Assembly: GCA_013334575.1 (NCBI GenBank)
Contig: JAAXXG010000007.1
Span: 1 to 56,280, forward strand
Direction: 5' to 3'
DNA: 56,280 nucleotides
From: Candidatus Moraniibacteriota bacterium
GTDB lineage: Bacteria > Patescibacteriota > Minisyncoccia > Moranbacterales > UBA1568
Positions 9,704-21,435 of this stretch are shown here, one piece after another. The translations under genes and the position numbers were made by a program. The notes under the pieces are model-generated. The model was not told where the DNA came from, made no database searches, and worked only from the letters and a program-made list of their open reading frames with translations. Within the stretch, counting starts at the first letter, position 1. The number at the start of each line of letters is the position of its first letter.

Positions 9704-10261
9704 TTACGCCTCGTCCGTCCGGAACGGGAAACCGAGCTTCCGGAACAGTTCCAGTCCGCTCTTCCGGTCCTTCGCGGTCGTCGTAACCGTGACCTGGAGG
9801 CCGAAGATCGTCTGCACCTTCTCGGGAACGATTTCCGGGAAGATCATATGCTCGCGGAGTCCGATATTGCAGTTCCCGGAGGCGTCGACCGACGAGACCG
9901 GAATACCCTGGAAGTCACGGGTACGGGGAAGCGTCGCGTAGAGGAACCGGTCGAGGAACTGCCACATGCGCCGGCCGCGCAGCGTCACGCGGGCGCCAAC
10001 CTCGAGCCCCTCACGGATCTTGAATCCTGCGATAGCCTTGCGCGCCTTCGTCAGGACGGGCTTCTGGCCGGTGATGTCGGTAAGCGCCGCGAGAATCTCG
10101 TCGACCCGGGCCTGCTCCTTCTGGAACTTCCCGATACCGACGTTCACGGTCACCTTCATGACCCGCGGAAGCGCGAACACGTTCTTCTCGTCGAGGGACT
10201 TCGAAAGTTCCGGTAGGATCTCCCGGTATCTCGTCTTCGTGATAGGCTGCTGCTCTTTCAT
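9704..10261 (-). CDS. rplE: 50S ribosomal protein uL5
   Basis: KVTVNVGIG, ITGQKP, IAGFKIREG, IFPEI; start at 10261 or 10267, not 10606. Confidence 0.95.
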   Translation of the reverse strand: MKEQQPITKTRYREILPELSKSLDEKNVFALPRVMKVTVNVGIGKFQKEQARVDEILAALTDITGQKPVLTKARKAIAGFKIREGLEVGARVTLRGRRMWQFLDRFLYATLPRTRDFQGIPVSSVDASGNCNIGLREHMIFPEIVPEKVQTIFGLQVTVTTTAKDRKSGLELFRKLGFPFRTDEA

Positions 10262-10284
10262 ACGCATGGTTCTGTAATCGCGCC

Positions 10285-10590
10285 TTAGATCGCCTTTCCG
10301 GAACGGCGGCTCACCCGGACCTTCTCGCCTCCCTCGACCGCGTATCCGACGCGGGTCGGCTTCCCGGTATGCGGGCAGACGAGCATCACGTTCGAGACAT
10401 GGACCGGGAACGGCTTCTCGATCCGCTCGCCGGACGCCCCGTCGCGGGTCGCCTTGCGGTGCTTCTTCATGACATTGACGCCCTCGACGATCACCTTGTC
10501 CTCCTTCGGGAGGACGGAAAGGATCTTCCCGCGCTTCCCGCGGTCCTTTCCGGCGATCACTTCGACTTCGTCGCCTTTCCTGAGTTTCAT
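10285..10590 (-). CDS. rplX: 50S ribosomal protein uL24
   Basis: KGDEVEVIAGKDRGKRG, VEGVN, HVSNV. Confidence 0.97.
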   Translation of the reverse strand: MKLRKGDEVEVIAGKDRGKRGKILSVLPKEDKVIVEGVNVMKKHRKATRDGASGERIEKPFPVHVSNVMLVCPHTGKPTRVGYAVEGGEKVRVSRRSGKAI

Positions 10591-10599
10591 AATCTCTTC

Positions 10600-10683
10600 G
10601 ACTCACGACTCACAACTCACAACTCACAACCCCTTACAAGACCGGCGCCGTCGCTTGCGAGAAGTTGTCAGTTGTCAGTTGCG
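10600..10683. repeat. Inverted heptamer tandem arrays (RACTCAC x4; AGTTGTC x2-3) between rplN and rplX
   Basis: GACTCAC GACTCAC AACTCAC AACTCAC at 10600-10627; AGTTGTC AGTTGTC AGTTGCG at 10663-10683. Confidence 0.85.
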
Positions 10684-10695
10684 GTCACTGGTTAA

Positions 10696-11067
10696 CTAGA
10701 GCACCTCCTGCGCGAGCGAGACGATCTTCGAGAATCCCTTCTCGCGAAGCTCGCGCGCCACCGGACCGAAGATGCGGCTTCCCTTCGGATCGACACCGTT
10801 GCTGTCGAGAATGACGGCGGCGTTCTCGTCGAACCGGATGTAGGAATTGTCCTTGCGCCGGTACTCGCGGTTCTGCCGGACGATCACGGCCTTCACCTTG
10901 TCGCCCTTCTTCACCGCGCCGCGGGGCTCGGCCGACTTGACCGACGCGACCACGATATCGCCGATGGCGGCATACCGGCGACGAGTCCCTCCGAGCACCT
11001 TAAAGCACTCTATCACCTTCGCTCCCGAATTGTCGGCTACCTTGAGCCTGGTTTCTGCCTGTATCAT
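10696..11067 (-). CDS. rplN: 50S ribosomal protein uL14
   Basis: [33 protein letters not shown]. Confidence 0.97.
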   Translation of the reverse strand: MIQAETRLKVADNSGAKVIECFKVLGGTRRRYAAIGDIVVASVKSAEPRGAVKKGDKVKAVIVRQNREYRRKDNSYIRFDENAAVILDSNGVDPKGSRIFGPVARELREKGFSKIVSLAQEVL

Positions 11068-11093
11068 ATGCGTCCCTTCCGCGTCTTCACGAC

Positions 11094-11363
11094 TTACTCC
11101 GCCTTCGAGACCACGACGTGCCGCTTGCGTCCGCTCACCGGCCGACATTCGCGGAACGACACCGTGTCACCGACCGAGAACGTCCCTTCCGGAGCGTGCA
11201 CGAGATATTTCTTCGAAGAACGATACCGCTTCCCGTATTTCGGATGGACCTTGAGGGTCTTCACCTCGACGGTGACGGTCTTCTCGCACTTCGTACTCGT
11301 CACGGTCCCGGTCATGGTCGGGGCCTTCGAGACGGTTCCGGTTGTCTGCTTCGTGGTTGCCAT
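11094..11363 (-). CDS. rpsQ: 30S ribosomal protein uS17
   Basis: [25 protein letters not shown]. Confidence 0.96.
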   Translation of the reverse strand: MATTKQTTGTVSKAPTMTGTVTSTKCEKTVTVEVKTLKVHPKYGKRYRSSKKYLVHAPEGTFSVGDTVSFRECRPVSGRKRHVVVSKAE

Positions 11364-11370
11364 AGGTCTT

Positions 11371-11565
11371 CTATCCGTTTAATTCCTCCTCGCGGGAAAG
11401 CGTGAGGAGTCGGGCGATATCGCGCTTGGCGGCACGATGCTCGCGGTGATTCCTCATCTCGCGGGTCGCGATGGAGAACCGCAGTTCGCGGACCTGTTTC
11501 CGGAGACCGAGGAGGAGCGTTTCGCGCTCTCCCTGGCTCTTGTCGCGGAGTTCCTTCATGTTCAT
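11371..11565 (-). CDS. rpmC: 50S ribosomal protein uL29
   Basis: ELR..KRDIARLLT; synteny. Confidence 0.94.
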   Translation of the reverse strand: MNMKELRDKSQGERETLLLGLRKQVRELRFSIATREMRNHREHRAAKRDIARLLTLSREEELNG

Positions 11566-11575
11566 ACGCGTTCGC

Positions 11576-11998
11576 TTATTCGGTTCCGTGACGGTCGACG
11601 AACCGTGTCTTCACCGACAGCTTGTGCGATGCGAGCCGCATCGCCTCCGCTGCCGCCTCTCGGGATACCCCGTCGAGTTCGAAGAGTACCCGACCGGCCG
11701 TAATCTTGGCTACATAATGATCAACCGCGCCTTTCCCCTTACCCATAGGGGTCTGCTCGCCTTTCTTCGTCATCGGCTTGTCCGGAAACACGCGGATCCA
11801 GACCTTCCCTCCCCGCTGGATATGACGGGTGATCGCGCGTCGGGCGGCCTCTATCTGGCGGGCCGTAATCAGTCCGGCCTCGGTCGCCTTGAGACCGAAA
11901 CTCCCGAAGCTGACGCGGGCGCCCTTGTCGGTCGGACCTTTCGGCCAGCCGCCGCGGTGCATCTTCCGGTGCTTCACTTTTCGTGGCATGAGCAGCAT
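11576..11998 (-). CDS. rplP: 50S ribosomal protein uL16
   Basis: [24 protein letters not shown]. Confidence 0.97.
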   Translation of the reverse strand: MLLMPRKVKHRKMHRGGWPKGPTDKGARVSFGSFGLKATEAGLITARQIEAARRAITRHIQRGGKVWIRVFPDKPMTKKGEQTPMGKGKGAVDHYVAKITAGRVLFELDGVSREAAAEAMRLASHKLSVKTRFVDRHGTE

Positions 11999-12019
11999 AC
12001 GGTTGTCTTCAATCGTCTC

Positions 12020-12700
12020 TTAGCGTCGCGTCTCGGTTTCGGCAGCCTCGTGGCCGCGGGTATCGAACTTCTCACCCCTGTTGATCCAGACCTTGACCCC
12101 GATGGTCCCATAGGTCGTCCTCGCTTCCGCCTGCGCGAAATCGATATCCGCACGGAGCGTGTGAAGCGGAATCTCGCCCTTCGCGGTCCATTCCCGTCGA
12201 GACATCTCGGCGCCTCCGAGTCGGCCGGAGATCTCGATCTTCGCCCCCTTCACCTCGCGCTGCTTCATCACGTTCTCGATGGTCCCCTTGAGCACGCGCC
12301 GGAACGGCATACGCTTCTCAAGCTGTTCCGCGACCGACTGAGCGACGAGCGAGGCGTTTTCATCGGGAGTCTTGATCTCCCGTACATCCACCTTGAGTTC
12401 GGTCCGACGCCCCCGGAAGAAACGCCCCTTCATGACACGCGTCAGGTCCTCGATGCCGGTACCGCCACGACCGATGAGTACGCCCGGACGGGACGTCTCG
12501 ATGATGACACGGATCACGTTCGCCGAGCGTTCGATGAACACGTCAGCGATCGCCGCGGCCTTCCACTTCCGCTTGATGAACTCGCGGATTTCGACGTCCT
12601 GACGGAGCGTCTTCTGGAAGTTCCGCGAATCGAACCACCGCGACTTCCATCCCGCCGTCACCCCGAGCCGGAAACCTACCGGATGAATCTTCTGTCCCAT
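12020..12700 (-). CDS. rpsC: 30S ribosomal protein uS3
   Basis: MGQKIHPVGFRLG, RPGVLIGRGG, PLHTLRADID. Confidence 0.97.
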   Translation of the reverse strand: MGQKIHPVGFRLGVTAGWKSRWFDSRNFQKTLRQDVEIREFIKRKWKAAAIADVFIERSANVIRVIIETSRPGVLIGRGGTGIEDLTRVMKGRFFRGRRTELKVDVREIKTPDENASLVAQSVAEQLEKRMPFRRVLKGTIENVMKQREVKGAKIEISGRLGGAEMSRREWTAKGEIPLHTLRADIDFAQAEARTTYGTIGVKVWINRGEKFDTRGHEAAETETRR

Positions 12701-12710
12701 AGCGAGTGCG

Positions 12711-13259
12711 TTAGACCGATTTCCTCTGATAGACGCGCTTGACCGCGTTCTTCCGCCCCTTCATTTCCTGCTTCACGGACGACTCCTTCTTCGACTCCTT
12801 CAGCTCGTCCGCCGCAACAGCCGCCTTCGCGACCTCTTCCTTGACTTCCTTGACCGCCTTCTCACGCTTCACGGACGGCTTCTTGGCGGCTTTTGCCATT
12901 CCGACCTCCCGCCGGTTCAGACCTTCGATCCGCTCCTCGACGACAAGCGTTACGTTGGAGAGTCGGTGCAAAATCTGGTTGGCGCGTCCGAACGCTCGAG
13001 GCTGCCACCGCTTGAGCCTGGCGCCGTCGCCGACAAGCACGGAGCGGACAAACAGGTTCGACGGATCGATACCGTGGTTATGCTCGGCGTTCGCGACCGC
13101 GCTCCGAAGCAGTTTCGAGATCGGCTCGGAAGAGCGCTTCACCTGCTTCGAAAGTTCGGTCAGCGCCGCCTCGACGGACATGCCGGTGATGACGTGCGCT
13201 ACGAGCCGGACCTTCCGGGGAGCGATCTTGAGATTGTTGAGTCGTGCTGTTACCTGCAT
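12711..13259 (-). CDS. rplV: 50S ribosomal protein uL22 with K/A/E-rich C-terminal extension
   Basis: IAPRKVRLVA, SAVANAEHN, PRAFGRA. Confidence 0.96.
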   Translation of the reverse strand: MQVTARLNNLKIAPRKVRLVAHVITGMSVEAALTELSKQVKRSSEPISKLLRSAVANAEHNHGIDPSNLFVRSVLVGDGARLKRWQPRAFGRANQILHRLSNVTLVVEERIEGLNRREVGMAKAAKKPSVKREKAVKEVKEEVAKAAVAADELKESKKESSVKQEMKGRKNAVKRVYQRKSV

Positions 13260-13290
13260 ACCCGTATGCTCAATTCCGTACTACGTGGGA

Positions 13291-13641
13291 TTACTTCTTC
13301 TTCGCCCCTCCGGTCGTCGCGGCCTTGGCGGCCTTGGCGGCATCGAGGTCGCGCTGCTTCGCCGCAGCGTCCATCTCCTTCTGGATCTTTCCGCCATGAC
13401 GCTGGAACTTTCGCGTCGGGGAGAACTCGCCAAGCTTGTGTCCGACCATCTCCTCCGTCACGTACACCGAGATGAAGTCGCGGCCGTTGTGCACGCCGAA
13501 GGTGAACCCGACCATCTCGGGAGTAATGGTGCAGGCACGCGACCACGTCTTGATGACGGTCTTGTCGCCGACCTTCTTCCCGTCGAGTTTTCTGAGGACC
13601 CGCGGATCGACGTACGGTCCTTTCTTGAGACTTCGAGACAT
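13291..13641 (-). CDS. rpsS: 30S ribosomal protein uS19
   Basis: [29 protein letters not shown]. Confidence 0.97.
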   Translation of the reverse strand: MSRSLKKGPYVDPRVLRKLDGKKVGDKTVIKTWSRACTITPEMVGFTFGVHNGRDFISVYVTEEMVGHKLGEFSPTRKFQRHGGKIQKEMDAAAKQRDLDAAKAAKAATTGGAKKK

Positions 13642-13663
13642 ATCGTTCTCCTTGGTTAACTCA

Positions 13664-14500
13664 CTACCGCTTCTTCGTCCGACGCTTCACGATGTACTTG
13701 TTGCTTGCCTTCTTCCGCTTCCTCGTCTTCTTGCCGAGCGCAGGCTTGCCCCACGGCGTCTTCGGCCCCTTGAGACCGATCGGCTGACAACCCTCACCGC
13801 CTCCGTGCGGATGGTCGACGGGGTTCATCACGGTACCGCGGACCGCCGGGCGCTTCCCCTTCCAACGGCTCCGGCCGGCCTTACCGATCCGTTCCACGCC
13901 GTGTTCGAAATTACTGACCTGTCCCAGAGTCGCGTAGCACTCCTTGGAAACGAGACGGACCTCGCCGGAAGCGAGACGGACCTGAGCCATGTTTCCCTCA
14001 AGCGCCATCAGGGTCGCGCTTGAACCGGCACTCCGGACGATCTGTCCGCCGCGACCGACCTTGAGCTCGACATTGCAGATGACAGTACCGGTCGGGATGT
14101 TCTTGATAAGGAGGCGGTTCCCCTCGGCAACCGGAGCCTCGGGTCCCGAGACGATCTCCTGCCCCACCTTCATGCCGGCCGTCGCGAGGACATACCGTTT
14201 CTCACCGTCGCGGTAGTGAACGAGCGCGATCAGGGCCGAGCGGTTCGGATCACGCTCGATCTGCGCGATCTTTCCCGGAACGCCGTGCTTATCCTGACGG
14301 AAATCGACGAGCCGATACTGGCGCTTGTGACCGCCACCCTGGTGCCGGACGGAAATCTTCCCGTTACTCCGTCCCGCATTCCGCTTAAGCGGACGCATGA
14401 GCGATTTCTCGGAAACCGCCTTCTGGGTCACCTGGTCCGGCTTCACGATGGTCATGAAGCGGCGTCCGGCATTGTTCTTCTTGTAGATCCTGATGGCCAT
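13664..14500 (-). CDS. rplB: 50S ribosomal protein uL2
   Basis: [31 protein letters not shown]. Confidence 0.98.
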   Translation of the reverse strand: MAIRIYKKNNAGRRFMTIVKPDQVTQKAVSEKSLMRPLKRNAGRSNGKISVRHQGGGHKRQYRLVDFRQDKHGVPGKIAQIERDPNRSALIALVHYRDGEKRYVLATAGMKVGQEIVSGPEAPVAEGNRLLIKNIPTGTVICNVELKVGRGGQIVRSAGSSATLMALEGNMAQVRLASGEVRLVSKECYATLGQVSNFEHGVERIGKAGRSRWKGKRPAVRGTVMNPVDHPHGGGEGCQPIGLKGPKTPWGKPALGKKTRKRKKASNKYIVKRRTKKR

Positions 14501-14531
14501 ATTCTTTCAGCTAGTTTCGCGCGGTTTCTTC

Positions 14532-14894
14532 CTAGGCGCCCTTGAACAGGGTGATCTCCTCCCCCTTCGGCAGCGTGACGATCGCCTTCTTCATTCCGGA
14601 AACGGTTCCGACCGTCCGTCCGAACGCCCGCTTCCGAGGAGCGACGCTGATTGTCCGGACCCGATCGACCGAAACGCCATACGCCGTCTCGACCGCGCGC
14701 TTCACCTGCGTCTTCGTGGCATCCTTCGCGACCTTGAACACATACTGGTTGAGTCCGTTAAGGACGTATGCCTTCTCCGTCACGCGCGCGGAGAGAAGCA
14801 CGCGCGCCGCGAGCGACTGCCCTTCCAGAGTGTCGACGCCCTTCGAGGCCTCGCGCGCCGTCTTCGACTTCGTCTTCTTTATGAGTGCTGCCAT
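14532..14894 (-). CDS. rplW: 50S ribosomal protein uL23
   Basis: VTEKA, YVFKV..ATKTQVKRAVE, KKAIVTL. Confidence 0.95.
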   Translation of the reverse strand: MAALIKKTKSKTAREASKGVDTLEGQSLAARVLLSARVTEKAYVLNGLNQYVFKVAKDATKTQVKRAVETAYGVSVDRVRTISVAPRKRAFGRTVGTVSGMKKAIVTLPKGEEITLFKGA

Positions 14895-14904
14895 ATTCGT
14901 ATCC

Positions 14905-15552
14905 CTAGTTCTTCGCTGACGTCTCCTTGAACCGCTCCGAAAACAGCTCGACCGACTTCCGGCTCAGAACGACGTATTCGTTCTGCAGGAGATCGTAGGC
15001 GCTCATGTTTTCCGACAGTACGTTCTCGATGCGGTCGATGTTCCTGGACAACCGCTCGCTCCCGCGTTCCTCACGCGCGAATCCGACGAGTGTCCGGCGA
15101 CCTTCGACGCCGATGCCCGAGAGCATCTTGGAGAAGGACTTGGTCTTCGCCTCGGCAAACGAGAATTCGTCCACGAAACGGATGCGATCCGCACGGAGTT
15201 TCTCCGAAAGGGCGATCCGAAGCGCCTTCTGACGCATCTTCCGGTTCGTCTCCTTGGAGAAGTTCCGATCCTTCGTCGGACCAAACACGATACCGCCTTT
15301 CCGCCAATGCGGAGCGCGGACCTGTCCGATACGGGCGCGGCCCGTCCCCTTCTGCCTCCACGGCTTCTTGCCGGTACCGGCGCGTTCGGAACGGTCCTTG
15401 GTATGCGCTATGGCGGAGCGAAGATTCGACGCGACGGCGACATAAACCTGATGAAGCAGCGTGTCGTTACCCGGAACGCCGAACACGGCTTCGGAAAGCT
15501 CGATCTCGCCTTTCCTCTCGCCATTCGCGTTGTAGAGCGGAGCCTTGATCAT
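14905..15552 (-). CDS. rplD: 50S ribosomal protein uL4
   Basis: KKPWRQKGTGRAR.G, WRKGGIVFGP. Confidence 0.97.
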   Translation of the reverse strand: MIKAPLYNANGERKGEIELSEAVFGVPGNDTLLHQVYVAVASNLRSAIAHTKDRSERAGTGKKPWRQKGTGRARIGQVRAPHWRKGGIVFGPTKDRNFSKETNRKMRQKALRIALSEKLRADRIRFVDEFSFAEAKTKSFSKMLSGIGVEGRRTLVGFAREERGSERLSRNIDRIENVLSENMSAYDLLQNEYVVLSRKSVELFSERFKETSAKN

Positions 15553-15587
15553 ACTCGTTTCGGTGATGCAGTGGAATGATGCGGTGA

Positions 15588-16214
15588 TTACGCCTTCGCG
15601 ACTCCGACTTTCTTGCCGAGGCCACGGATACCGACGATGCCGCCGTTGATACCCGGCACCGCGCCGCGGACCGCGATCAGATTCTTCTCGGCGTCGACGA
15701 GCACGACACGGAGCCCGCGAACGGTGAAGTTCTCGCCGCCCATCCGACCAGCCATACGACGCCCCTTCACCACGTGTTCCGGGAAGGTCGCGCCGATCGA
15801 ACCGGGCTTACGCATATCATGCTTGCGTCCATGGCTCGCAGGAGCGCCCCCGAATCCGTGACGCTTCACGACGCCCTGAAAACCCTTTGCCTTCGTAACG
15901 CCGGAAACATCGACGATATCACCAACCTCGAAGGAAGAAACCGAGACCTCATCCCCCTGCTTCACCTCTCCGAGCAGCGCGGTCGCGGCAGTCTCGTCCT
16001 TTCCCTTCGCCGTGAACGGAGGACGGAATTCCATGCGTACCTTGCGACGAGACGTCTTGTCGGTCTCCACCTGAACCGCGGCATAGCCGTCCTTCTCCGT
16101 TGTCCGAATCTGGGTCACCGTATTCGGGGCGCATGAAATCACGGTCACGTTCTCCGAGACCGGCCCCTCATGGATGGAGGTCATGCCGAGTTTCTTGCCG
16201 ATGATGAATTTCAT
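15588..16214 (-). CDS. rplC: 50S ribosomal protein uL3
   Basis: [30 protein letters not shown]. Confidence 0.97.
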   Translation of the reverse strand: MKFIIGKKLGMTSIHEGPVSENVTVISCAPNTVTQIRTTEKDGYAAVQVETDKTSRRKVRMEFRPPFTAKGKDETAATALLGEVKQGDEVSVSSFEVGDIVDVSGVTKAKGFQGVVKRHGFGGAPASHGRKHDMRKPGSIGATFPEHVVKGRRMAGRMGGENFTVRGLRVVLVDAEKNLIAVRGAVPGINGGIVGIRGLGKKVGVAKA

Positions 16215-16228
16215 ACCCGTATTCCTGG

Positions 16229-16375
16229 TAAAACAAAAAGCCGGTCACCCAGCCAAACCGCTCACGCGCCTGGCCCGTTCAGTATCCCCCCCTCCTCCGC
16301 GAGGCGATGCCGTCGGGCCATCCTTGACCCTTCCGCATCGCCCGCAGAGCGCCAGGCGAGGGACTTTAACGAGTG
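16229..16375 (-). promoter_or_regulatory. Structured rpsJ-rplC intergenic RNA ending in terminator-like hairpin (candidate r-leader/attenuator)
   Basis: Nested stems CGCCTGG/CCAGGCG, CTCTGCG/CGCGGAG, GGCGATGC/GCATCGCC, GGGTCA/TGGCCC, then GGCTGG-GTGA-CCGGCT-TTTTGTTTT. Confidence 0.6.
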
Positions 16376-16379
16376 AATG

Positions 16380-16718
16380 CTACATTTTGATTTCGACGTC
16401 GACTCCGGTCGGAAGGTCGAGATTCGTCATGAGGTCGATCGTCTTCGGCGTCGGATTCACGACGTCGATCAGTCGCTTGTGCACGCGCATCTCGTACTGG
16501 TCGCGAGAGTTCTTGTGCACGAACGTCGACCGATTGACCGTCACCTTGTGGATCTCGGTCGGAAGCGGCACCGGACCCGTGACCGTCGCGCCGCTACGTT
16601 CCGCCGTCTCGACGATCTTGCGCGCCGACTGGTCGATGACCTTGTGATCGTACGCCTTGATCTTCACGCGCATCCGCGATTCGGCTTCGCTTACGCTTTT
16701 TTTCGCTTTCACTGCCAT
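16380..16718 (-). CDS. rpsJ: 30S ribosomal protein uS10 (NusE)
   Basis: [31 protein letters not shown]. Confidence 0.97.
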   Translation of the reverse strand: MAVKAKKSVSEAESRMRVKIKAYDHKVIDQSARKIVETAERSGATVTGPVPLPTEIHKVTVNRSTFVHKNSRDQYEMRVHKRLIDVVNPTPKTIDLMTNLDLPTGVDVEIKM

Positions 16719-16807
16719 TGCCGTGGTCTCGTTTATTAGTTCCGTGGTTCAGGGAATGGGGGCGGGCGGAACCGTTTCCGCCCGCAGGATTCCGTGAACC
16801 GTGAAGA

Positions 16808-17998
<1,191 letters not shown>

Positions 17999-18129
17999 AC
18001 GTATTCGAGGCCGCGGCGGCGAAACGTGAACCGTTTCCGCCGTGCGATCCTGTGAATAAGGATTATTTTTTACGATGATGAAAACCGTCTATCCCGACCG
18101 TTTCCGGTCGGAAGAGGACATCAGTGGGT

Positions 18130-18158
18130 ATCGTACCAAGATGTTTTTCCCCTGTCAA
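18130..18158 (-). promoter_or_regulatory. Internal sigma70-type promoter for tuf
   Basis: TTGACA-17 nt-TACGAT with TG extension, between fusA and tuf. Confidence 0.7.
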
Positions 18159-18184
18159 GAGGGAAAAACCCGAGGGAATACCGA

Positions 18185-20293
18185 CTACTCGCCCCCCTTT
18201 CCGCCGGCCGCCTGTCGGCTACCGACCAGCTCGGCTCCGACGTTCGAGGGAACCTCGGCATAATGCCCGAATTCCATCGAATAACTCGACCGTCCCTGCG
18301 ACATGGAACGCAGCTGCGTCGCATACCCGAACATGGACGCCAGCGGCACATCGGCATGGATTTCCTTGACCCGGGCGTTCCCCTCGCCGCGATCCTGCAT
18401 CTCCTTGATGATGCCGCGCTTTGCATTGATGTCGCCTACGATGTCGCCCATGAACTGCTCCGGCGTAATGACCACGACGTTCATGATCGGCTCGAGGATG
18501 ACCGGCTTCGCCCGGCGAGCCGCCTCCTTGAAGGCCATTGAACCGGCGATCTTGAAGGCCGCTTCCGAAGAGTCGACATCGTGGAAGGATCCGTCGTATA
18601 CGGTCACCTTGAGGTCGACCATCGGATATCCGGCAAGTACGCCGGTCTGCGAGGCCTCGAACGCTCCGCGGTCGATCGGCTTGATGAACTCGCCCGGGAT
18701 GACGCCGCCCTTGATCTCGTCCGCGAACTCGTAGCCCTTACCGCTCTCGAGCGGCTCGACACGGAGCCAGCAGTGTCCGTACTGGCCGCGTCCGCCCGAC
18801 TGCCGGATATACTTGCCTTCCGCCTGCGCGGTCTCGCGGATCGTCTCGCGGTACGCCACCTGCGGGCGGCCGGTATTGACCTCGACCTTGAACTCGCGCT
18901 TCATGCGGTCGACGATGATGTCGAGATGAAGCTCGCCCATGCCCGAGAGAATGGTCTGCCCGCTCTCCTCGTCGGTATGCACGCGGAAAGTCGGATCCTC
19001 CTCGGCGAGCTTCTTGAGCGCGATCGCCATCTTCTCCTGGTCGGCCTTGGTCTTCGGCTCGATGGCGATGTCGATGACCGGCTCCGGGAAGGTGATGGAC
19101 TCCAGCAGGATCGGATGGTCCTGGTCGCAGAGCGTATCGCCGGTCGTCGTGACCTTCATTCCGACGAGAGCGCCGATATCGCCGGCGGCGATATCCTCTA
19201 CCTCCTCGCGATGACTCGCGTGCATGCGTACGATCCGACCGACGCGCTCCTTCTCTCCCTTCGAGGCGTTGAGGACGTAGCTTCCCGCCTTGAGCGACCC
19301 CGAGTAAACGCGGAAGAAGGTCAGCTGTCCGATGAAGGGATCGGTCGCGATCTTGAACGCAAGCGCCGAGAACGGCTCATCGTCGGACGCCTTGCGCATC
19401 ATCGCCTCACCGGTCTTCGGGTTCTCACCCTCGACCGCCGGGATGTCGATCGGCGACGGGAGATACTCGACGACCGCGTCGAGCACGAGCTGCACGCCCT
19501 TGTTTCGGAGTGCCGTGCCCGTGAAGACCGGCACGAGCCGAGTGGCGATGACGCCCCGACGGATCGCGGCCTTCAGTTCGTCGACCGAGATCTCCTCGCC
19601 GCCGAGGAACTTCTCGGTGAGCGTATCATCGCTCTCGGCGACCTTCTCGACGAGCTTCTCTCGCCATTCCTTCGCCTTCCCGAGATACTCGGCCGGAATC
19701 TCGCCCTCGATCACCTTCTCGCCCATCGCGCCGTCGAAGGTGTAGGCCTTCATCGACAGCAGATCGATCACGCCGTAGAAATCGGAGCGCTCGCCCATCG
19801 GAATCTGCATCGCGAACGCGTTCGGGGTAAGCCGGTTCCAGATGGACTCGAGCGCTACGAAGAAGTCGGCACCCTCCTTATCGATCTTGTTGATGAAGCA
19901 CATGCGCGGCACCTTGTACTTCTCTGCCTGGCGCCAGACCGTCTCGGACTGCGGTTCCACGCCTTCCTTGCCGTCGAACACGACTACGCCGCCGTCGAGG
20001 ACGCGCAGCGAACGTTCCACCTCGACCGTGAAGTCGACGTGCCCCGGGGTGTCGATGATGTTGATCTGATGATCCTTCCAGAAACAGGTCGTCGCGGCCG
20101 AGGTGATGGTAATACCGCGCTCGCGTTCCTGTTCCATCCAGTCCATGGTCGCCTCGCCCTCGTGCACCTCGCCGATCTTGTGCGTGATGCCGGTATAGAA
20201 AAGGACGCGCTCGGTCGTCGTGGTCTTGCCGGCATCGATATGCGCGATGATGCCGATATTGCGGATCTTCTCGATCGGTCTGAGACGGGCCAT
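18185..20293 (-). CDS. fusA: Elongation factor G
   Basis: [29 protein letters not shown]. Confidence 0.99.
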   Translation of the reverse strand: MARLRPIEKIRNIGIIAHIDAGKTTTTERVLFYTGITHKIGEVHEGEATMDWMEQERERGITITSAATTCFWKDHQINIIDTPGHVDFTVEVERSLRVLDGGVVVFDGKEGVEPQSETVWRQAEKYKVPRMCFINKIDKEGADFFVALESIWNRLTPNAFAMQIPMGERSDFYGVIDLLSMKAYTFDGAMGEKVIEGEIPAEYLGKAKEWREKLVEKVAESDDTLTEKFLGGEEISVDELKAAIRRGVIATRLVPVFTGTALRNKGVQLVLDAVVEYLPSPIDIPAVEGENPKTGEAMMRKASDDEPFSALAFKIATDPFIGQLTFFRVYSGSLKAGSYVLNASKGEKERVGRIVRMHASHREEVEDIAAGDIGALVGMKVTTTGDTLCDQDHPILLESITFPEPVIDIAIEPKTKADQEKMAIALKKLAEEDPTFRVHTDEESGQTILSGMGELHLDIIVDRMKREFKVEVNTGRPQVAYRETIRETAQAEGKYIRQSGGRGQYGHCWLRVEPLESGKGYEFADEIKGGVIPGEFIKPIDRGAFEASQTGVLAGYPMVDLKVTVYDGSFHDVDSSEAAFKIAGSMAFKEAARRAKPVILEPIMNVVVITPEQFMGDIVGDINAKRGIIKEMQDRGEGNARVKEIHADVPLASMFGYATQLRSMSQGRSSYSMEFGHYAEVPSNVGAELVGSRQAAGGKGGE

Positions 20294-20422
20294 AGGACGG
20301 AACGTTAACTGGTTTTTTCGCTTACGGTTACGGGTATCCCTATAAAAAGCGAGAAGAGGTCGCGCATGGCTCCCCTTCTCTTCCGGTCGCCTCGCTCTCG
20401 GCGCGTCCGGTTCGTCGTCGGA

Positions 20423-20890
20423 TCAGGCGAAGTGCGCGAACGCCTTGTTAGCATCGGCCATGCGGTGCACCTCGTCGCGCTTCTTCATCGCCGCACCGGC
20501 CTTGTTCGAAGCGTCGATGAGCTCGTCCGCGAGCCGCTCCGCCATCGGCTTCCCCTTGCGCTTGCGGCAGGCCTCGCGGACCCAGCGCATCGCGAGCGTC
20601 TGGCGGCGATCACCGGAAACCGGGACCGGGACCTGATAGTTGGCTCCGCCCACGCGGCGGCTCTTGAGCTCGAGGAGCGGAGATATATTCTTGATCGCCT
20701 GTTCGAAGATGTTGAGACCGCCCTTCTTCGTCCGGTCATGGATGATATCGAAAGCATCGTAGACGATCTTCTCGGCTACGCTCTTCTTGCCGTCCCACAT
20801 GATGAGACCGATGAAGTGGCCCACCAGGGGACTCCCGTACTTCGCATCGGCTTTCCAGGTCTTATCGTACTGCCGCTTCCTTCGAGGCAT
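20423..20890 (-). CDS. rpsG: 30S ribosomal protein uS7
   Basis: DGKKSVAE, SRRVGGANYQVP, MADANKAFAHF. Confidence 0.98.
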   Translation of the reverse strand: MPRRKRQYDKTWKADAKYGSPLVGHFIGLIMWDGKKSVAEKIVYDAFDIIHDRTKKGGLNIFEQAIKNISPLLELKSRRVGGANYQVPVPVSGDRRQTLAMRWVREACRKRKGKPMAERLADELIDASNKAGAAMKKRDEVHRMADANKAFAHFA

Positions 20891-20918
20891 AGTTCCTGTC
20901 GGTAAAGTGATTCAATCC

Positions 20919-21341
20919 CTACTCCTTCGCCGCCTTCGGGCGCTTCACGCCGTACTTCGAGCGGCTCCGGTTGCGCTTCGCCACGCCGGCGGTATCGAGT
21001 ACGCCGCGAACGATATGATACCGGACACCCGGAAGGTCCTTCACGCGCCCGCCGCGGATCATCACGATCGAGTGCTCCTGAAGGTTGTGTCCCTCGCCCG
21101 GGATGTAAGCCGTCACTTCCATGCCGTTGGTGAGGCGGACGCGGGCGATCTTCCGGAGCGCGGAGTTCGGCTTCTTCGGGGTCACGGTCGTCACCTTCGT
21201 GCACACGCCCCGCTTGAACGGGCTCTCCGTATAGGTCTTCCGGTTCCGGATCGTGTTCGAGATGAAGGTCATCGCCGGAGACTTGGACTTCTTCGCGGAA
21301 GTCTTTCGAGGGCGCTTGACGAGCTGGTTGATCGTGGCCAT
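20919..21341 (-). CDS. rpsL: 30S ribosomal protein uS12
   Basis: [23 protein letters not shown]. Confidence 0.98.
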   Translation of the reverse strand: MATINQLVKRPRKTSAKKSKSPAMTFISNTIRNRKTYTESPFKRGVCTKVTTVTPKKPNSALRKIARVRLTNGMEVTAYIPGEGHNLQEHSIVMIRGGRVKDLPGVRYHIVRGVLDTAGVAKRNRSRSKYGVKRPKAAKE

Positions 21342-21385
21342 TGCGGTGAAACAAAATGAAAAGCGGTTTCGTACGCCGTGAAGGC

Positions 21386-21414
21386 ATCGTAAGGGAAAGT
21401 CGCCGGCTTGTCAA
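21386..21414 (-). promoter_or_regulatory. sigma70-type promoter of str operon
   Basis: TTGACA-17 nt-TACGAT upstream of rpsL. Confidence 0.75.
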
Positions 21415-21435
21415 CAGCGGTTCCGCCGGACCGGA

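Noticed and set aside
9704..10606. 300-aa ORF suggesting an N-terminally extended uL5
   Set aside because: The extension overlaps rplX in another frame; uL5 similarity begins at about 10261.
16719..16807. Long hairpin between tuf and rpsJ as a terminator
   Set aside because: No U-tract; more likely a stabilising or processing stem.
18060..18126. CTGATG...GAAA in the tuf leader resembling a hammerhead ribozyme
   Set aside because: Core is CTGATGT, not CTGANGA, and GAAA is a tetraloop rather than a core strand.
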